A DNA stretch of 64,000 nucleotides, taken from Candidatus Saccharimonadota bacterium (GTDB lineage Bacteria > Patescibacteriota > Saccharimonadia > Saccharimonadales > DTSZ01). The translations under genes were made by a program, and so were the position numbers. Within the stretch, counting starts at the first letter, position 1. Every line of letters starts with the position of its first letter. Location of the stretch: positions 348,937 through 412,936 of the forward strand of contig DTSZ01000001.1 in the NCBI GenBank assembly GCA_012965045.1, given 5' to 3'. The notes under the pieces are model-generated. The model did no database searches. It was not told the origin of the DNA and saw only the letters and a list, made by a program, of their open reading frames with translations. Shown here piece by piece: positions 37,121 through 45,253 of the stretch.

Positions 37121-38373
37121 TTTTTCCCACTTCTTTCTAAGATTACTGTTGTTAGTGTACCCTGCTTTCCACTATTCATCCGCAAAACTCCTTTATACGA
37201 TGTGATTATTTTATTCGCTACAAACATTTCTAGTCCAAAACCTTGTATTTCGGGTTTGTCAGTATCAATCTTAAATTTAGAAAAAATCTTTTTTATCTCC
37301 TTAGTCGACAGTTCGACTCCGCCGTCTTGAATAGTAACAATGACTTTTTCTTTAGTAATTTTCAGCCCAACCCTAATCAACTGCTTTTTTTCACTGCGTA
37401 AAAACGCTGTTTTAAAAATATTACGCATAGCAATTTGTAGCCGATTTTGTTCGGCGTTAACCATGGCAGTTTGATCTTTATCATACTCAATTTTTAAATC
37501 TGCTTTTCTGTCAAAGCGTTCTGCTATTTGTTCTGCTGCTGCCGTGATAACAGTAACCACATCAGACTCAAAATCTTGTGACACCTTTTTTTCAGACGAT
37601 AGACTTTCAAATAAATTATTCAAAGACATCAACAAGTCCTGATTTTCGTCTTTTAATATTTGAATATGTTTCTTGAGCTCTTTAGGCTTAACACCCGAGT
37701 CATCCAAGACATCAAGCACCGAACGAGCTGTCGAAACCGGGTGCATTAACTGATGCATTATTAGGTGCAAGAAATTATCGAATGACTTTTCTTGAATTTC
37801 AAAGCGATCAAGCTTCATTAAATAGCCAACAATTACCCCAAGAATCACGAAGAACGCCGGATAAAATAACAGTGGGACTAAAAAATCGTCCAAAGCGACC
37901 GATTGTGAATTGATTTCACTCAGTACCACTACTGACGCATAGGCTAGCGAGGCAATGATTGAGGTTGCAAACACCATTTTCCGACTCGAAAGCAGGCCTG
38001 CCGACACAATTGGCAATGCAAACAAAGCCGTCGTTCGTGCTTCAAGACCACCCTGGTCATAGGTGATAAAAGCAGCCAACACGACGTCAAACAATAACTG
38101 CCCAACCAGCACGGCCCGTTGTAGTTCAAGTTTTTGGCTGTTAACGTGCGCAAGTAGCCAAATACCCATGTTTACTACTAGTGCAGCTCCGCCAATCAAT
38201 ACGTAGCGAATGTAGGTGTCGGCTGGCTCGTGTGCGAAAAAACTAGCCAACGTAGCACCAAGCCCAAGCGCTGTAACATATATAAATCGCAGACCAACCA
38301 GACGCAGATTTCGATCGAAAATAAATAAGGATTTTTCCTTAGTCGAATTTATATCGAAATAACTTAAGTCCAT
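37117..38373 (-). CDS. membrane sensor histidine kinase (multi-TM input, atypical H-box)
   Basis: 418 aa. About six N-terminal TM helices, H-box-like LIMHQLMHPVSTARSVL, and HATPase_c features IQDGGVEL and GFGLEMFVANKII. It overlaps the receiver gene by 4 nt. Confidence 0.8.
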   Translation of the reverse strand: MDLSYFDINSTKEKSLFIFDRNLRLVGLRFIYVTALGLGATLASFFAHEPADTYIRYVLIGGAALVVNMGIWLLAHVNSQKLELQRAVLVGQLLFDVVLAAFITYDQGGLEARTTALFALPIVSAGLLSSRKMVFATSIIASLAYASVVVLSEINSQSVALDDFLVPLLFYPAFFVILGVIVGYLMKLDRFEIQEKSFDNFLHLIMHQLMHPVSTARSVLDVLDDSGVKPKELKKHIQILKDENQDLLMSLNNLFESLSSEKKVSQDFESDVVTVITAAAEQIAERFDRKADLKIEYDKDQTAMVNAEQNRLQIAMRNIFKTAFLRSEKKQLIRVGLKITKEKVIVTIQDGGVELSTKEIKKIFSKFKIDTDKPEIQGFGLEMFVANKIITSYKGVLRMNSGKQGTLTTVILERSGKK

Positions 38374-38412
38374 TGCGGCCTATCTATTGCTATTGCTCAT
38401 TATACACAAGCG

Positions 38413-39912
38413 TTATAGTTCGCTCGCTAGTGGCCATGGATTAAAGGTGCAGCCCTGAAGATTGATCGATTGTTGCTGCATAACAGGAGCCGGCTGTCCT
38501 GTTCCTGGGCAATTACTGTGGCCGTTGCCGAGCCAATGACCAACTTCATGATTAATCACCATGTGCTGATAATCCCTCAAACTACCGCCTGCGCTATTCC
38601 AGCTATCTGTTGCTGTTCGCCAGCGATTATCGTTAATAATTACGTTACGTCCAACACGACACGAATACACCGCAGAGCAAATTGGTGCCGCCGACTCTAC
38701 TCGCTCTGGACTGGCCAACACTAACGTAAAATTGCCGCCACTGCTGACTTGCGTAAAGCTATTTCCACCACCCGCCCAGCCTCGCCCATCAGCCAGCGTC
38801 GCTGCTGCCTTGGCCTTAAAGTCGTTAAAGTCAGATTGGGTCGTACCCCAAATCTCAACACTATAGGTGTACGAATTTAGTTTTATGCTGTCATCTACGG
38901 TAACTTCGGTTGAATCAAACGGCACTTCACTGAACTCAAACGACAGGCTTGCACCCTGCGACTTTTGAACCGCCTCGACAAGCTGAGCAGCTATCTGTGA
39001 CTTGTTGGTAACTTGCGTCCCGTTAACCCCAGCTGTTGTTATTTGCGGCGTTTTACCGCTCACATAAACGCTGGTAACTTCATTGACTGGCGGTTTTTCA
39101 AGTTGCACAGCAACAAAATCTACAAATTTACCAACTGCCGCCTGATCAACAACTACATTTTTTTGCTCATCTAGATCGAGCCAGCCAACAATTTGTTCAA
39201 CAGACGCGGCAACATCATTGATAGTGTAAGACTGGCCTATAATTAGCTGCACTATTCCCTGTTTTGACTCAATTTCTGACTCGGTTACCGGTGGTGTCAG
39301 TGGGCCTGTCTGCAACGTGACAGAAATTGACTCCATTGACTGACTATATGAATCCCGCAGCCGAGAGCTCAGTTCACTAACGTTTACGCCAAAACCCTCA
39401 GCAGACGGAGTTGGCGCCAGACCACCACTGTCGTTTAACCCAAAGTCGGCTGATACTGGTTCAATAAATGTATCGTCGGTAAACTGCTCAGTTGCCCGCA
39501 TAACGTCTTTACGATCAATTCCCACCGCTGTGTCTAATCTAGACGACCCTACGTACGGAAATAGCTGCCTAACTAGAGAACGCGTAGTTAGTAGCTCCTG
39601 AATGTCTTGCTGTTGAATTGTAATTCCTATCTGGGGAGCTGTGTAGGTTTGGGTTTGGCCATCAAGAACTAGCGTTACTTCACTAGAATTCAAGGTGGTA
39701 GAAAGCGTGTTAACCGCTTGGTCGATAGTGTTACCTGACACGTCTATGCCGGCAATTTTAGTATTGGGTAAAAAACTACTACCATACGTTATCTTGGAAA
39801 CTGCTAAACCGGCTAGCGGCACTAAAGCCAGCACACCTACCAATACGCCTATTAACTTAGACCTTCGGCTACTAAAAGACAAACCTGACAAGCGTCGTTT
39901 TTTGACCTTCAA
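38413..39912 (-). CDS. secreted/anchored putative zinc metalloprotease (metzincin-type HExxHxxGxxH; DUF3152-like C-terminal domain)
   Basis: 499 aa. N-terminal TM anchor and a VanW/YoaR-like N-region. The C-terminus has HMVINHEVGHWLGNGHSNCPG, the HEXXHXXGXXH zinc-binding consensus. Confidence 0.65.
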   Translation of the reverse strand: MKVKKRRLSGLSFSSRRSKLIGVLVGVLALVPLAGLAVSKITYGSSFLPNTKIAGIDVSGNTIDQAVNTLSTTLNSSEVTLVLDGQTQTYTAPQIGITIQQQDIQELLTTRSLVRQLFPYVGSSRLDTAVGIDRKDVMRATEQFTDDTFIEPVSADFGLNDSGGLAPTPSAEGFGVNVSELSSRLRDSYSQSMESISVTLQTGPLTPPVTESEIESKQGIVQLIIGQSYTINDVAASVEQIVGWLDLDEQKNVVVDQAAVGKFVDFVAVQLEKPPVNEVTSVYVSGKTPQITTAGVNGTQVTNKSQIAAQLVEAVQKSQGASLSFEFSEVPFDSTEVTVDDSIKLNSYTYSVEIWGTTQSDFNDFKAKAAATLADGRGWAGGGNSFTQVSSGGNFTLVLASPERVESAAPICSAVYSCRVGRNVIINDNRWRTATDSWNSAGGSLRDYQHMVINHEVGHWLGNGHSNCPGTGQPAPVMQQQSINLQGCTFNPWPLASEL

Positions 39913-39970
39913 AACACCCCTAAAATTTACTACTTCAATTGTATCCTAGAATCGCTAAACTCGCTTGTGC

Positions 39971-40576
39971 TTAGGCGGTAATATTTTGAATTCCAGTAAT
40001 TATAAGATCAACACCAAATGCTCCAACAATAAAACCATTCAGTCGCAAAATTATTTCAATATTTTCATCAAAAACAGTTTTAAACCTATCAACAAGTTTA
40101 TGTCGCACAAATGCCAGGCAGGCTACGATAGCCAAATTTGCAATCATAACCATGATAATTGTCAGAATTGTTCCAAGTGCTGAAAACTCACCACCAATTA
40201 CAACGCTAAGCGCAATTGTGCCTGCGCCCACCATAAACGGCAAAGCAACTTCGGACGCAATCTTGCTAAGCTTGCCTTTTATAGTAATAAACGACTCTTT
40301 ACCTTGAACTATGTAGCTTAAGGCAAAGGCTAGCAATACGACACCGCCAAAAATCCGCAAACTATCAAAACGTATTTTTAATACATGCTCAAATAGATAG
40401 GTGCCACTTAGGGCGAACAGTAAGTAAATAGAAGCTGAAATAAGCGACGCAAAGGTCATGATCTTGATGTAGCGGCCAATACCAAACTCTTTTTTAAGCG
40501 GTAGTGTATACACAAAAAGAGCGAATGGATTTAATAGCGCTAAGAAGTAAATAATATATTCAATCACAGTCTGCAA
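39971..40576 (-). CDS. MarC-family (UPF0056/NAAT) integral membrane protein
   Basis: 201 aa with a TTG start and six hydrophobic helices. The N-terminus YFLALLNPFALFVY resembles the MarC NP-motif region. Confidence 0.6.
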   Translation of the reverse strand: MQTVIEYIIYFLALLNPFALFVYTLPLKKEFGIGRYIKIMTFASLISASIYLLFALSGTYLFEHVLKIRFDSLRIFGGVVLLAFALSYIVQGKESFITIKGKLSKIASEVALPFMVGAGTIALSVVIGGEFSALGTILTIIMVMIANLAIVACLAFVRHKLVDRFKTVFDENIEIILRLNGFIVGAFGVDLIITGIQNITA

Positions 40577-40744
40577 ATGTAGTTAAAAACAGTCTCTGCG
40601 TCAACCATATTATATTTGAATTAGGTTAAGTTGCGTGGGTGTGGTAAGATTGTCAAAGTTGTTTTTTAATGATCTAGTAGTTATTTGTTTATCTAGGACT
40701 CATCAAAGAACACCCTAGATACAACATAACGAAAGGTTATTCTC

Positions 40745-41962
40745 TTGAAGAATGGTTATAAACCACGCAACGCACGTGGAAAAAATTACTCGCGTAACTA
40801 TAGTAGTAATAATAGACGCCGAGGTGGCGGTGGTGGTAAACGAAAATTTGGTAAGACAATCGACCCAAAACGGTTTGTTAAGCCTGCAAAATTTAGTGAG
40901 GTCAAAGAATACGAACCAACAAATACGTTTTTTGACTTCGGCTTTAACGAAGTTATTACACAAAACCTCGTAGCAAAAAACTTTGAAAAACCAACACAAA
41001 TCCAAGACAAATCGATACCGGTTATCTTACGCGGCGAGGACGTAGTTGGAATTGCCAATACCGGAACCGGCAAAACTGGGGCATTTTTATTACCGCTGTT
41101 ACACAATTTAATGGCTAATCGTTCACAAAAGGCTTTAATTATTGCTCCAACCAGAGAGCTTGCTATTCAAATTGAAAAAGAATGTGCAGCCTTCGCCAAG
41201 AAAAGCGGACTTTTCGGCACACTACTAATTGGCGGCGTGCCAATCGGGCCACAACTGCGAGACTTACGCAGTCGGCCAGAGATTGTTATCGGTACACCCG
41301 GAAGAATCAAAGATCATTTGGAGCGTAAAACACTTAAACTGCACGACTTTAGTTACGTAGTGCTTGATGAGGTTGACCGTATGCTCGACATGGGCTTTAT
41401 TAACGACATCCGCGACATTCTAAGTAACTTGCCTGATCAGCGCCAATCGCTGTTCTTTTCAGCAACTATGAGCAATACAATTAAAGGCTTAATTGAAACG
41501 TTCACCAATAGCCCTGTGCACATAATGGCACGGACTGCTGAGACGAGCGATAATGTCGACCAAGCTGTCATTAACTACAAACAAGATGTTGATAAGATCG
41601 AACGATTGCATGAATTGCTGGTTTTAGAAAACGTCCAAAAAACGTTGATCTTCAGAGAAACCAAATATTCAGTTGAAAAACTGCATAAAGAACTAAAAAC
41701 TCGCGGATTTTCTGCTGACTACATGCACGGCGGCAAGAGCCAAGGTGCTCGCCAACGAGCTTTAAAGAAATTCCATAAGGATGAGGTTGATATCTTGATT
41801 GCAACCGACGTAGCGGCTCGTGGGATCGATGTTGACGGAATTAGTCACGTGATTAACTATGATATTCCTCAAACCTACGACGACTACACTCACCGCATTG
41901 GTCGAACTGGCCGCGGCGGTGAAATTGGCTACGCAGTAACGTTTGTTGGCCACAGGCGCTAG
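40745..41962 (+). CDS. DEAD-box ATP-dependent RNA helicase
   Basis: 405 aa with a TTG start. Basic RG-rich N-terminus, Q-motif PTQIQ, motif I ANTGTGKTGAF, motif II VLDEVDRM, SAT, and motif VI HRIGRTGRGG. Confidence 0.92.
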   Translation: MKNGYKPRNARGKNYSRNYSSNNRRRGGGGGKRKFGKTIDPKRFVKPAKFSEVKEYEPTNTFFDFGFNEVITQNLVAKNFEKPTQIQDKSIPVILRGEDVVGIANTGTGKTGAFLLPLLHNLMANRSQKALIIAPTRELAIQIEKECAAFAKKSGLFGTLLIGGVPIGPQLRDLRSRPEIVIGTPGRIKDHLERKTLKLHDFSYVVLDEVDRMLDMGFINDIRDILSNLPDQRQSLFFSATMSNTIKGLIETFTNSPVHIMARTAETSDNVDQAVINYKQDVDKIERLHELLVLENVQKTLIFRETKYSVEKLHKELKTRGFSADYMHGGKSQGARQRALKKFHKDEVDILIATDVAARGIDVDGISHVINYDIPQTYDDYTHRIGRTGRGGEIGYAVTFVGHRR

Positions 41963-41981
41963 TACCAAAACCAAAAACAAC

Positions 41982-42014
41982 AAAAAACCGACTTGCTTCC
42001 AAGTCGGTTTTTTT
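41982..42014. terminator. bidirectional rho-independent terminator
   Basis: 8-bp stem CCGACTTG/CAAGTCGG (41988-41995 / 42000-42007) with loop CTTC. An A6 run lies before it and a T7 run after it. It sits between the convergent helicase and RRM genes. Confidence 0.75.
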
Positions 42015-42032
42015 GATCTACACTAAAATATT

Positions 42033-42308
42033 TTAGTAACGTCGATCGTTGTTTCGAGGCTCTTGTGGACGAGCTTCGTTAACAGTCACAGAGCGACCAT
42101 CAATTTCTTTCCCGTTCATGCCATCGATAGCAGCTTTCGCTTCTTCAGCTGATTCGAATTCTACGAATCCGAAGCCTTTTGATCGGTTTGTTTCACGATC
42201 TACGATAACCTTAGCTGATGATACTTTACCAAATTCAGCAAATGCGTCTGCTAAAGCTTGGTCATCTACACCCCAACTGAGGCTGCCAACAAATAACTTT
42301 GTTCCCAT
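42033..42308 (-). CDS. RNA-binding protein with a single RRM domain
   Basis: 91 aa with RNP-2 KLFVGSL and RNP-1 KGFGFVEF. Confidence 0.9.
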   Translation of the reverse strand: MGTKLFVGSLSWGVDDQALADAFAEFGKVSSAKVIVDRETNRSKGFGFVEFESAEEAKAAIDGMNGKEIDGRSVTVNEARPQEPRNNDRRY

Positions 42309-42438
42309 ATTTTCCTTATTTTCTCACCGGCTCACTGAAATTCAGTCGCTGCTTCCCAGATACGAACTTTTAACTATTACTCACACTCAAAACTTTAAGC
42401 AGTTGTCTTAAGTTCTATAAGAATACCACGTTTTGGGC

Positions 42439-43185
42439 TTATAGTCCTATTGTATCCGTAAATGCCTTCGCCCACACCTTATACCCCCAATTATTCGGGT
42501 GAAAGAAATCGGGGGCATAGTGCAACCAATGGTTAAAGTTTTCCTTAGTTTCTGCCTCAAGTGGTACAGAGTTAAGACGTGGCTGTTTTGATAGTTCATC
42601 TCTTACTATTTTGGAGGCAGCTTCTGCCTTATTTACTAATGGTCCCGTACCAAAATCAGGGATGTCTGCTACATATGCACCATCCGGCAGGCCATCTATT
42701 AACTGCTTAAACTCACGCCTAAACGTAGCTGGCTCAAAGTCTTTTATGTTATTTGCGCCAATTTCAACAGTAATTACGTCCGGCTTATATTTTGCAAGTT
42801 CAGGAAGTTGGTCATTAATCGCTTCCGTTATAACTGCGCCACTTTTACTTAAATTAATGATTTTAACGTAAGAGCCTGTTTTTTGCTCTAAATGCTTAGC
42901 AACCAAGCCAACATAGCCGCGCATTGGGCTCGTAGCTCCAATTCCTTGTGCGGCAGAATCACCTAAGGCTACATAAATCAATTCTTGCTGGTCCCCCCTA
43001 AACTTACTCTGCTCAACATTTAGTTTGTCCCAGTAATTACTGTACATGCCAACTTGGCTTCGTAGAACCAATAGCAACAATACCTCAACAATAAGAAGTG
43101 CAGCCAAGGCTAATCCAATAATCCACAGAGCTCTTTTAACAGGCCCAACTGTAACCGGCGGAAGAATTTTACTTAAAATTTGCAT
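42439..43185 (-). CDS. SGNH/GDSL-family hydrolase, N-terminally anchored
   Basis: 248 aa with block I YVALGDSAAQG, block III GANN-like IGANNI and block V DFFHPN. Confidence 0.8.
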   Translation of the reverse strand: MQILSKILPPVTVGPVKRALWIIGLALAALLIVEVLLLLVLRSQVGMYSNYWDKLNVEQSKFRGDQQELIYVALGDSAAQGIGATSPMRGYVGLVAKHLEQKTGSYVKIINLSKSGAVITEAINDQLPELAKYKPDVITVEIGANNIKDFEPATFRREFKQLIDGLPDGAYVADIPDFGTGPLVNKAEAASKIVRDELSKQPRLNSVPLEAETKENFNHWLHYAPDFFHPNNWGYKVWAKAFTDTIGL

Positions 43186-43253
43186 TGATTAAAAGTATAC
43201 ACTGTTCTGGTATCATTATAGTGTTTACTTAAAATGAGGATCAGGAATTTATT

Positions 43254-43745
43254 ATGAATAAAACAACGCTTGGCGTCGGTATATTTGTGGCTCTATTCGT
43301 AGCAGGGTTAGGGTATTTAATTGTTTCATCAGACGACACACCGGACACCGCCAACACTTCACCGTCCTCAAATTCTCAAACCGAAACTAGCACCACTCAA
43401 GAAGACGGCTCGTCTGAAACAAGCCAAGCAGTTAGCGGTATCTATACCGACTACTCACAAAAAGCTCTAACTAATGCCGAAGGCCAAGTCGTATTATTTT
43501 TTCACGCACCGTGGTGCCCGCAGTGTCGACAAATGGAAGCTGATATCTTAGCGAACGGTACACCAGCTGGCTATACCATCCTAAAAGTTGACTATGACAG
43601 CAACCAGGACTTACGCGATTTCTACGGCATACGGCTGCAAACAAGCTTCATTAAAGTTTCAAACGACGGAACTGCTCAAGACGAAGTTTACATAGCCTAC
43701 AACGAACCAACGCTAGCCACTTTAGCTAATGATTATTTAAACTAA
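43254..43745 (+). CDS. membrane-anchored thioredoxin-like protein (TlpA/ResA-like)
   Basis: 163 aa. TM anchor, then VVLFFHAPWCPQCRQMEADI (WCxxC). Confidence 0.8.
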   Translation: MNKTTLGVGIFVALFVAGLGYLIVSSDDTPDTANTSPSSNSQTETSTTQEDGSSETSQAVSGIYTDYSQKALTNAEGQVVLFFHAPWCPQCRQMEADILANGTPAGYTILKVDYDSNQDLRDFYGIRLQTSFIKVSNDGTAQDEVYIAYNEPTLATLANDYLN

Positions 43746-43749
43746 GCTC

Positions 43750-44487
43750 ATGACTCAACTAATTATTTCATTCGTTGCTGGAGTTTTGACTGTACTTGCC
43801 CCGTGCGTTCTGCCATTGCTGCCAGTTATTTTAGGCGGTTCGGTTACTGCAGCTAGCGAACCGTCAAAACCCAATCTTAAACGACCACTGGTTATCACTG
43901 GTAGTTTAGTACTTTCGATTGTTGCATTTAGCATATTGCTTCGCTCAACAGTGAGCTCGTTTAGTATTTCTGACCAAACGCTGCAAATTTTCTCTGGCAC
44001 AGTTGTTGTTTTATTTGGTCTTAGTTTTGCCGTTCCTAAATTATGGGAATGGGTAGCTCTAAAAACTAAGTTCTACCAAAAATCGACTGGGTTTTTTAGT
44101 AAATCTACTGCTAAGAAGAGTAAGTACAGTGACGCTATTTTAGGGCTTAGCCTGGGGCCAGTTTTTACAAGCTGCAGTCCAACCTATTTTTTGATCGTTG
44201 GGCCACTTATTGCCAACAACTTCGCAGAAGGGTTACTAAACCTTATTGTGTATAGCATTGGCTTGGCTGGAACTCTGCTGCTAATTGCTATTGGCGGACA
44301 AAAAATTGCCAACAAGCTTGGCTGGCTGACAAATCCTAACGGTAAATTCCCGAAAATACTGGGTGTAATTTTTATTATTGTCGGATTAATGATTCTATTC
44401 GGTATCGATAAAGAAATCCAAGAATATATCCTTGAACAGGGATGGTACGATCCAATTGGTAATTTTGAACAAGGTTTAGGTATATAG
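43750..44487 (+). CDS. ccdA: cytochrome c biogenesis/thiol-disulfide transporter CcdA (DsbD-family)
   Basis: 245 aa. LAPCVLPLLPVILG and a second Cys region FTSCSPTYFL, with six TM helices. Confidence 0.85.
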   Translation: MTQLIISFVAGVLTVLAPCVLPLLPVILGGSVTAASEPSKPNLKRPLVITGSLVLSIVAFSILLRSTVSSFSISDQTLQIFSGTVVVLFGLSFAVPKLWEWVALKTKFYQKSTGFFSKSTAKKSKYSDAILGLSLGPVFTSCSPTYFLIVGPLIANNFAEGLLNLIVYSIGLAGTLLLIAIGGQKIANKLGWLTNPNGKFPKILGVIFIIVGLMILFGIDKEIQEYILEQGWYDPIGNFEQGLGI

Positions 44488-44640
44488 CCGTATTGTAAGC
44501 TCACCAAAATTGCCGCTGTGGTCTTACCGTAGTACCACAGGCGATGATGCTGGCTGGTAGCTGTGACTAAAGCGCTGTTTAATTTGTTGCTGGCTCTTGC
44601 TAGTCCAATTCGTTAGCCTTCCGCCTAGCCCAACAACCCA

Positions 44641-44704
44641 CCCTCACGCACTCAAACCCTCACACATTCACACCCTCACACGTTCATACCTTCACTCCAG
44701 CCTA
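44641..44704 (+). repeat. four tandem 16-nt C-rich repeats (CCCTCACACRTTCAYA-like)
   Basis: Units start at 44641, 44657, 44673 and 44689: ccctcacgcactcaaa / ccctcacacattcaca / ccctcacacgttcata / ccttcactccagccta. Confidence 0.8.
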
Positions 44705-44732
44705 TCCACAAGTAAACCTCCCAACCTCATAC

Positions 44733-44768
44733 CTATACACAATTTGACGATCGTCAAATTGTGTATAG
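44733..44768. repeat. copy B (perfect) of the 36-nt palindromic intergenic element
   Basis: CTATACACAATTTGACGATCGTCAAATTGTGTATAG is a perfect 18+18 palindrome. It is followed by TGCTGCCGCGAGCAC and a T-rich run (44786-44803). Confidence 0.85.
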
Positions 44769-44824
44769 TGCTGCCGCGAGCACTGGCTGTTTTTTGGTTT
44801 TTGTTATTTTTCTGCTCACTTCAA

Positions 44825-45112
44825 TCAGTTTGTTCGCGGCCAAACCAATACGCCCTGTATGCTGTTCCGATCAACAATTGCATTGTGGTGGCTGTCCGCA
44901 TTGTCGCCTTCGAGCCAAATTTTATCGCCATGATCTTCTATCCTGACTATTCGCTTTACCACATCAACGTTTTTGTGTCGTGCTAATGCGATCGAATTCA
45001 GTCTAAAGGTTTTCTTTCTAAAGACCAGAATTTGGCCTTCGCGGAGTGTTGGTTCCATGCTGTGACCGACTACTCGGCGCACATATAGTCTGGGTAATTT
45101 CATAGTGCTCAT
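44825..45112 (-). CDS. sodX: S26/S24-type serine peptidase, Ni-SOD maturation protease (SodX-like)
   Basis: 95 aa with VVGHSMEPTL (catalytic Ser motif) and VVKRIV (Lys). It lies immediately downstream of sodN. Confidence 0.8.
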   Translation of the reverse strand: MSTMKLPRLYVRRVVGHSMEPTLREGQILVFRKKTFRLNSIALARHKNVDVVKRIVRIEDHGDKIWLEGDNADSHHNAIVDRNSIQGVLVWPRTN

Positions 45113-45253
45113 ATTCTGCCATTTACTTTAATGTTAGCTAAAACTGATTTAAATCAGTTTTAAATCAGTTTTCGTTAGTGTTTGTTTTTTTTATTTTTTT
45201 ACATCTATAGACTGCGATCGGTGCAAGCCTCTTAATGATACTTTTTTGCAGAC

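Noticed and set aside
40715-41106. Minus-strand ORFs (96 and 102 aa) over the start of the DEAD-box helicase gene
   Set aside because: They are antisense to the helicase N-terminus, including its Q-motif and motif I. Their composition is implausible.
44597-44986. Track ORFs 44597-44986 and 44761-44946 (+)
   Set aside because: The first half translates the C-rich tandem repeats into Pro/His/Ser/Thr low complexity. The second half is antisense to the well-supported sodX gene.
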